From positions 1-43,437 of the IMG/VR virus record IMGVR_UViG_3300045988_053200: 43,437 bases of DNA; one strand, written 5' to 3'. Positions 42,700 to 43,437 of the stretch are shown here, in pieces. The first letter of the stretch is position 1. Each line of letters starts with the position of its first letter. Under the pieces are notes generated by a model. It was given only the letters and a program-made list of their open reading frames with translations. It was not told the DNA's origin and ran no database searches. A program made the translations under genes and the position numbers. Origin of the DNA: a virus.

Positions 42700-43164
42700 T
42701 TATTTCTTACTTTTGTAATACAACCATCTGTAAATTTCGCCATAATATCCGGTTTCCAATACTGCTTTTCGTATGGTCATTGCGTCGTACTCGCCAAATG
42801 TTACGTACTCATATATTGACGGGTTTTCATGCAACGCAAATTCAAATGTTATGTCAATATATGTGTCACCAACCTTGTTAAACGCATGGTCAATTGGTAT
42901 TGGGACGTTTGTTTTTCCCTCACAATAAAGAATCCTTTCCGGGAACGCCTCGCAAAGTAAATGGGCGTTCCGGTAACATTCTTTCGGCTTTGGCTTAATT
43001 ACGTGCTGTATGTAGTCCAATTCGTAATCCTCCAAAACATCAGCCGCCGGAACAATTGTAACGGGCTTTGCAGCGTTTAATAAGTCTTGGAAATACGCTT
43101 TTTGTCTTTCGTGCAAAGGCAGTTCCAACATCATTTCAATTTCTTTTATTATTATGCTTTCCAT
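42700..43164 (-). CDS. Early protein (154 aa) with a possible Cys-His-Asp papain/transglutaminase-like core.
   Basis: KECYRNAHLLCEAFPERILYCEG..IPIDHAFNKVGDTYIDIT parallels the C..R.v.G..HAW.ev..g.w..D.T pattern. The start was moved to ATG 43164. Confidence 0.35.
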   Translation of the reverse strand: MESIIIKEIEMMLELPLHERQKAYFQDLLNAAKPVTIVPAADVLEDYELDYIQHVIKPKPKECYRNAHLLCEAFPERILYCEGKTNVPIPIDHAFNKVGDTYIDITFEFALHENPSIYEYVTFGEYDAMTIRKAVLETGYYGEIYRWLYYKSKK

Positions 43165-43177
43165 TATACTATTGTTT

Positions 43178-43330
43178 TTATGTTTTGGTATTATTCCATT
43201 TATCACATACTCTTTTTGCAATTTCTTCATCCTTGTCGTAATATGCAACGCAATTGGTCTTTTTATTTACAACTTGAAATACAACACATGAATACTCAAT
43301 AACTTTTCTTATAAAATATTTTTGTTCCAT
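43178..43330 (-). CDS. Hypothetical early protein (50 aa).
   Basis: The start was moved to ATG 43330 (MEQKYFIRKV..). The track extension translates the upstream stem-loop. Confidence 0.5.
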   Translation of the reverse strand: MEQKYFIRKVIEYSCVVFQVVNKKTNCVAYYDKDEEIAKRVCDKWNNTKT

Positions 43331-43344
43331 TTTCTTTGTTATAT

Positions 43345-43362
43345 GCCGGGGAAATCCCCGGC
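43345..43362 (-). promoter_or_regulatory. 7-bp GC stem-loop H5 between the junction-spanning ORF and ORF 43178-43330.
   Basis: - strand GCCGGGG-ATTT-CCCCGGC followed by ATATAACAAAGAAA-ATG. There is no U tract. Confidence 0.55.
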
Positions 43363-43367
43363 GTTGA

Positions 43368-43437
43368 TTATGCAATACGAATTAAATTAGCTTTTTTGAA
43401 ACATCTGTATTCCTGCTTTTCTGTATCGAAATACGTT
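43368..43437 (-). CDS. 3' end of the junction-spanning 108-aa ORF, the same gene as 1-312.
   Basis: 43383-43437 duplicates 1-55. The frame then continues ATT CGT ATT GCA TAA, with the stop at 43370-43368. Confidence 0.55.
   Translation of the reverse strand, partial: TYFDTEKQEYRCFKKANLIRIA
43383..43437. repeat. Terminal direct overlap, identical to 1-55.
   Basis: Read directly. Confidence 0.95.

Noticed and set aside
1-43437. I looked for tRNA genes, CRISPR arrays or solitary repeats, a reverse transcriptase/DGR with template and variable repeats near the tail fibre, an integrase or attP, and stop-codon recoding.
   Set aside because: None was found. There are no T-loop-like GGTTCGAAT-type motifs, no regularly spaced repeats, and no RT or recombinase motifs in any ORF. 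All large genes are uninterrupted under the standard code. This was a by-eye scan, so tRNAscan-SE and a CRISPR finder should confirm it.

Overview
The window is one complete, circularly assembled tailed-phage genome. Bases 1-55 are identical to 43383-43437, so the unit length is 43,382 bp. Every supported gene except one 59-aa ORF is on the - strand.

Reading in the direction of transcription (descending coordinates, wrapping through the junction), the layout is:
- An immediate-early operon of five small ORFs. It starts at a promoter near 859-889, crosses the junction and ends at a terminator at 42655-42694.
- A second early unit from a promoter near 42517-42548: Zn-ribbon ORF, XRE-type HTH, TM peptide, PD-(D/E)XK exonuclease and a 242-aa partner.
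- A structured leader (39035-39150), then a winged-helix replication-initiator-like gene, a 307-aa gene, a broken C5 DNA methyltransferase and a RuvC-like resolvase, ending at a terminator at 35191-35230.
- A third unit from a near-identical copy of the first promoter (35138-35168). It carries an SMC/Rad50-like ATPase, DnaQ-type exonuclease, HNH/NinG-like protein, SSB, ASCH protein, MazG fusion and a ParB-domain DNA methyltransferase.
- The lone + strand ORF, which is convergent with that unit.
- The late region: TerS, TerL, portal, scaffold, major capsid, 1,221-aa tape measure, tail proteins, a tail fibre with a C-terminal SGNH esterase, and a lysis cassette (HExxH membrane protein, holin-like protein, Amidase_3 endolysin, spanin-like protein). 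It closes with tandem terminators at 1005-1067.

Promoter-like elements fit the Bacteroidota -33 TTTG / -7 TAnnTTTG pattern, so a Bacteroidota host is inferred but not proven. I found no integrase, tRNA, CRISPR array, reverse transcriptase, DNA polymerase, primase or helicase.

The most interesting items are:
- a duplicated promoter + 14-bp palindrome + stem-loop module;
- a family of conserved GC stem-loops just upstream of early start codons, with one compensatory base-pair change;
- an ORF hidden by the linearisation point;
- an immediate-early operon ending in a possible Cys-His-Asp (transglutaminase/papain-like) protein;
- an acr-aca-like small-ORF + HTH pair;
- a terminator-containing leader in front of the replication genes;
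- a decayed C5 methyltransferase.

All functional calls come from motifs read by eye. No database search was run.
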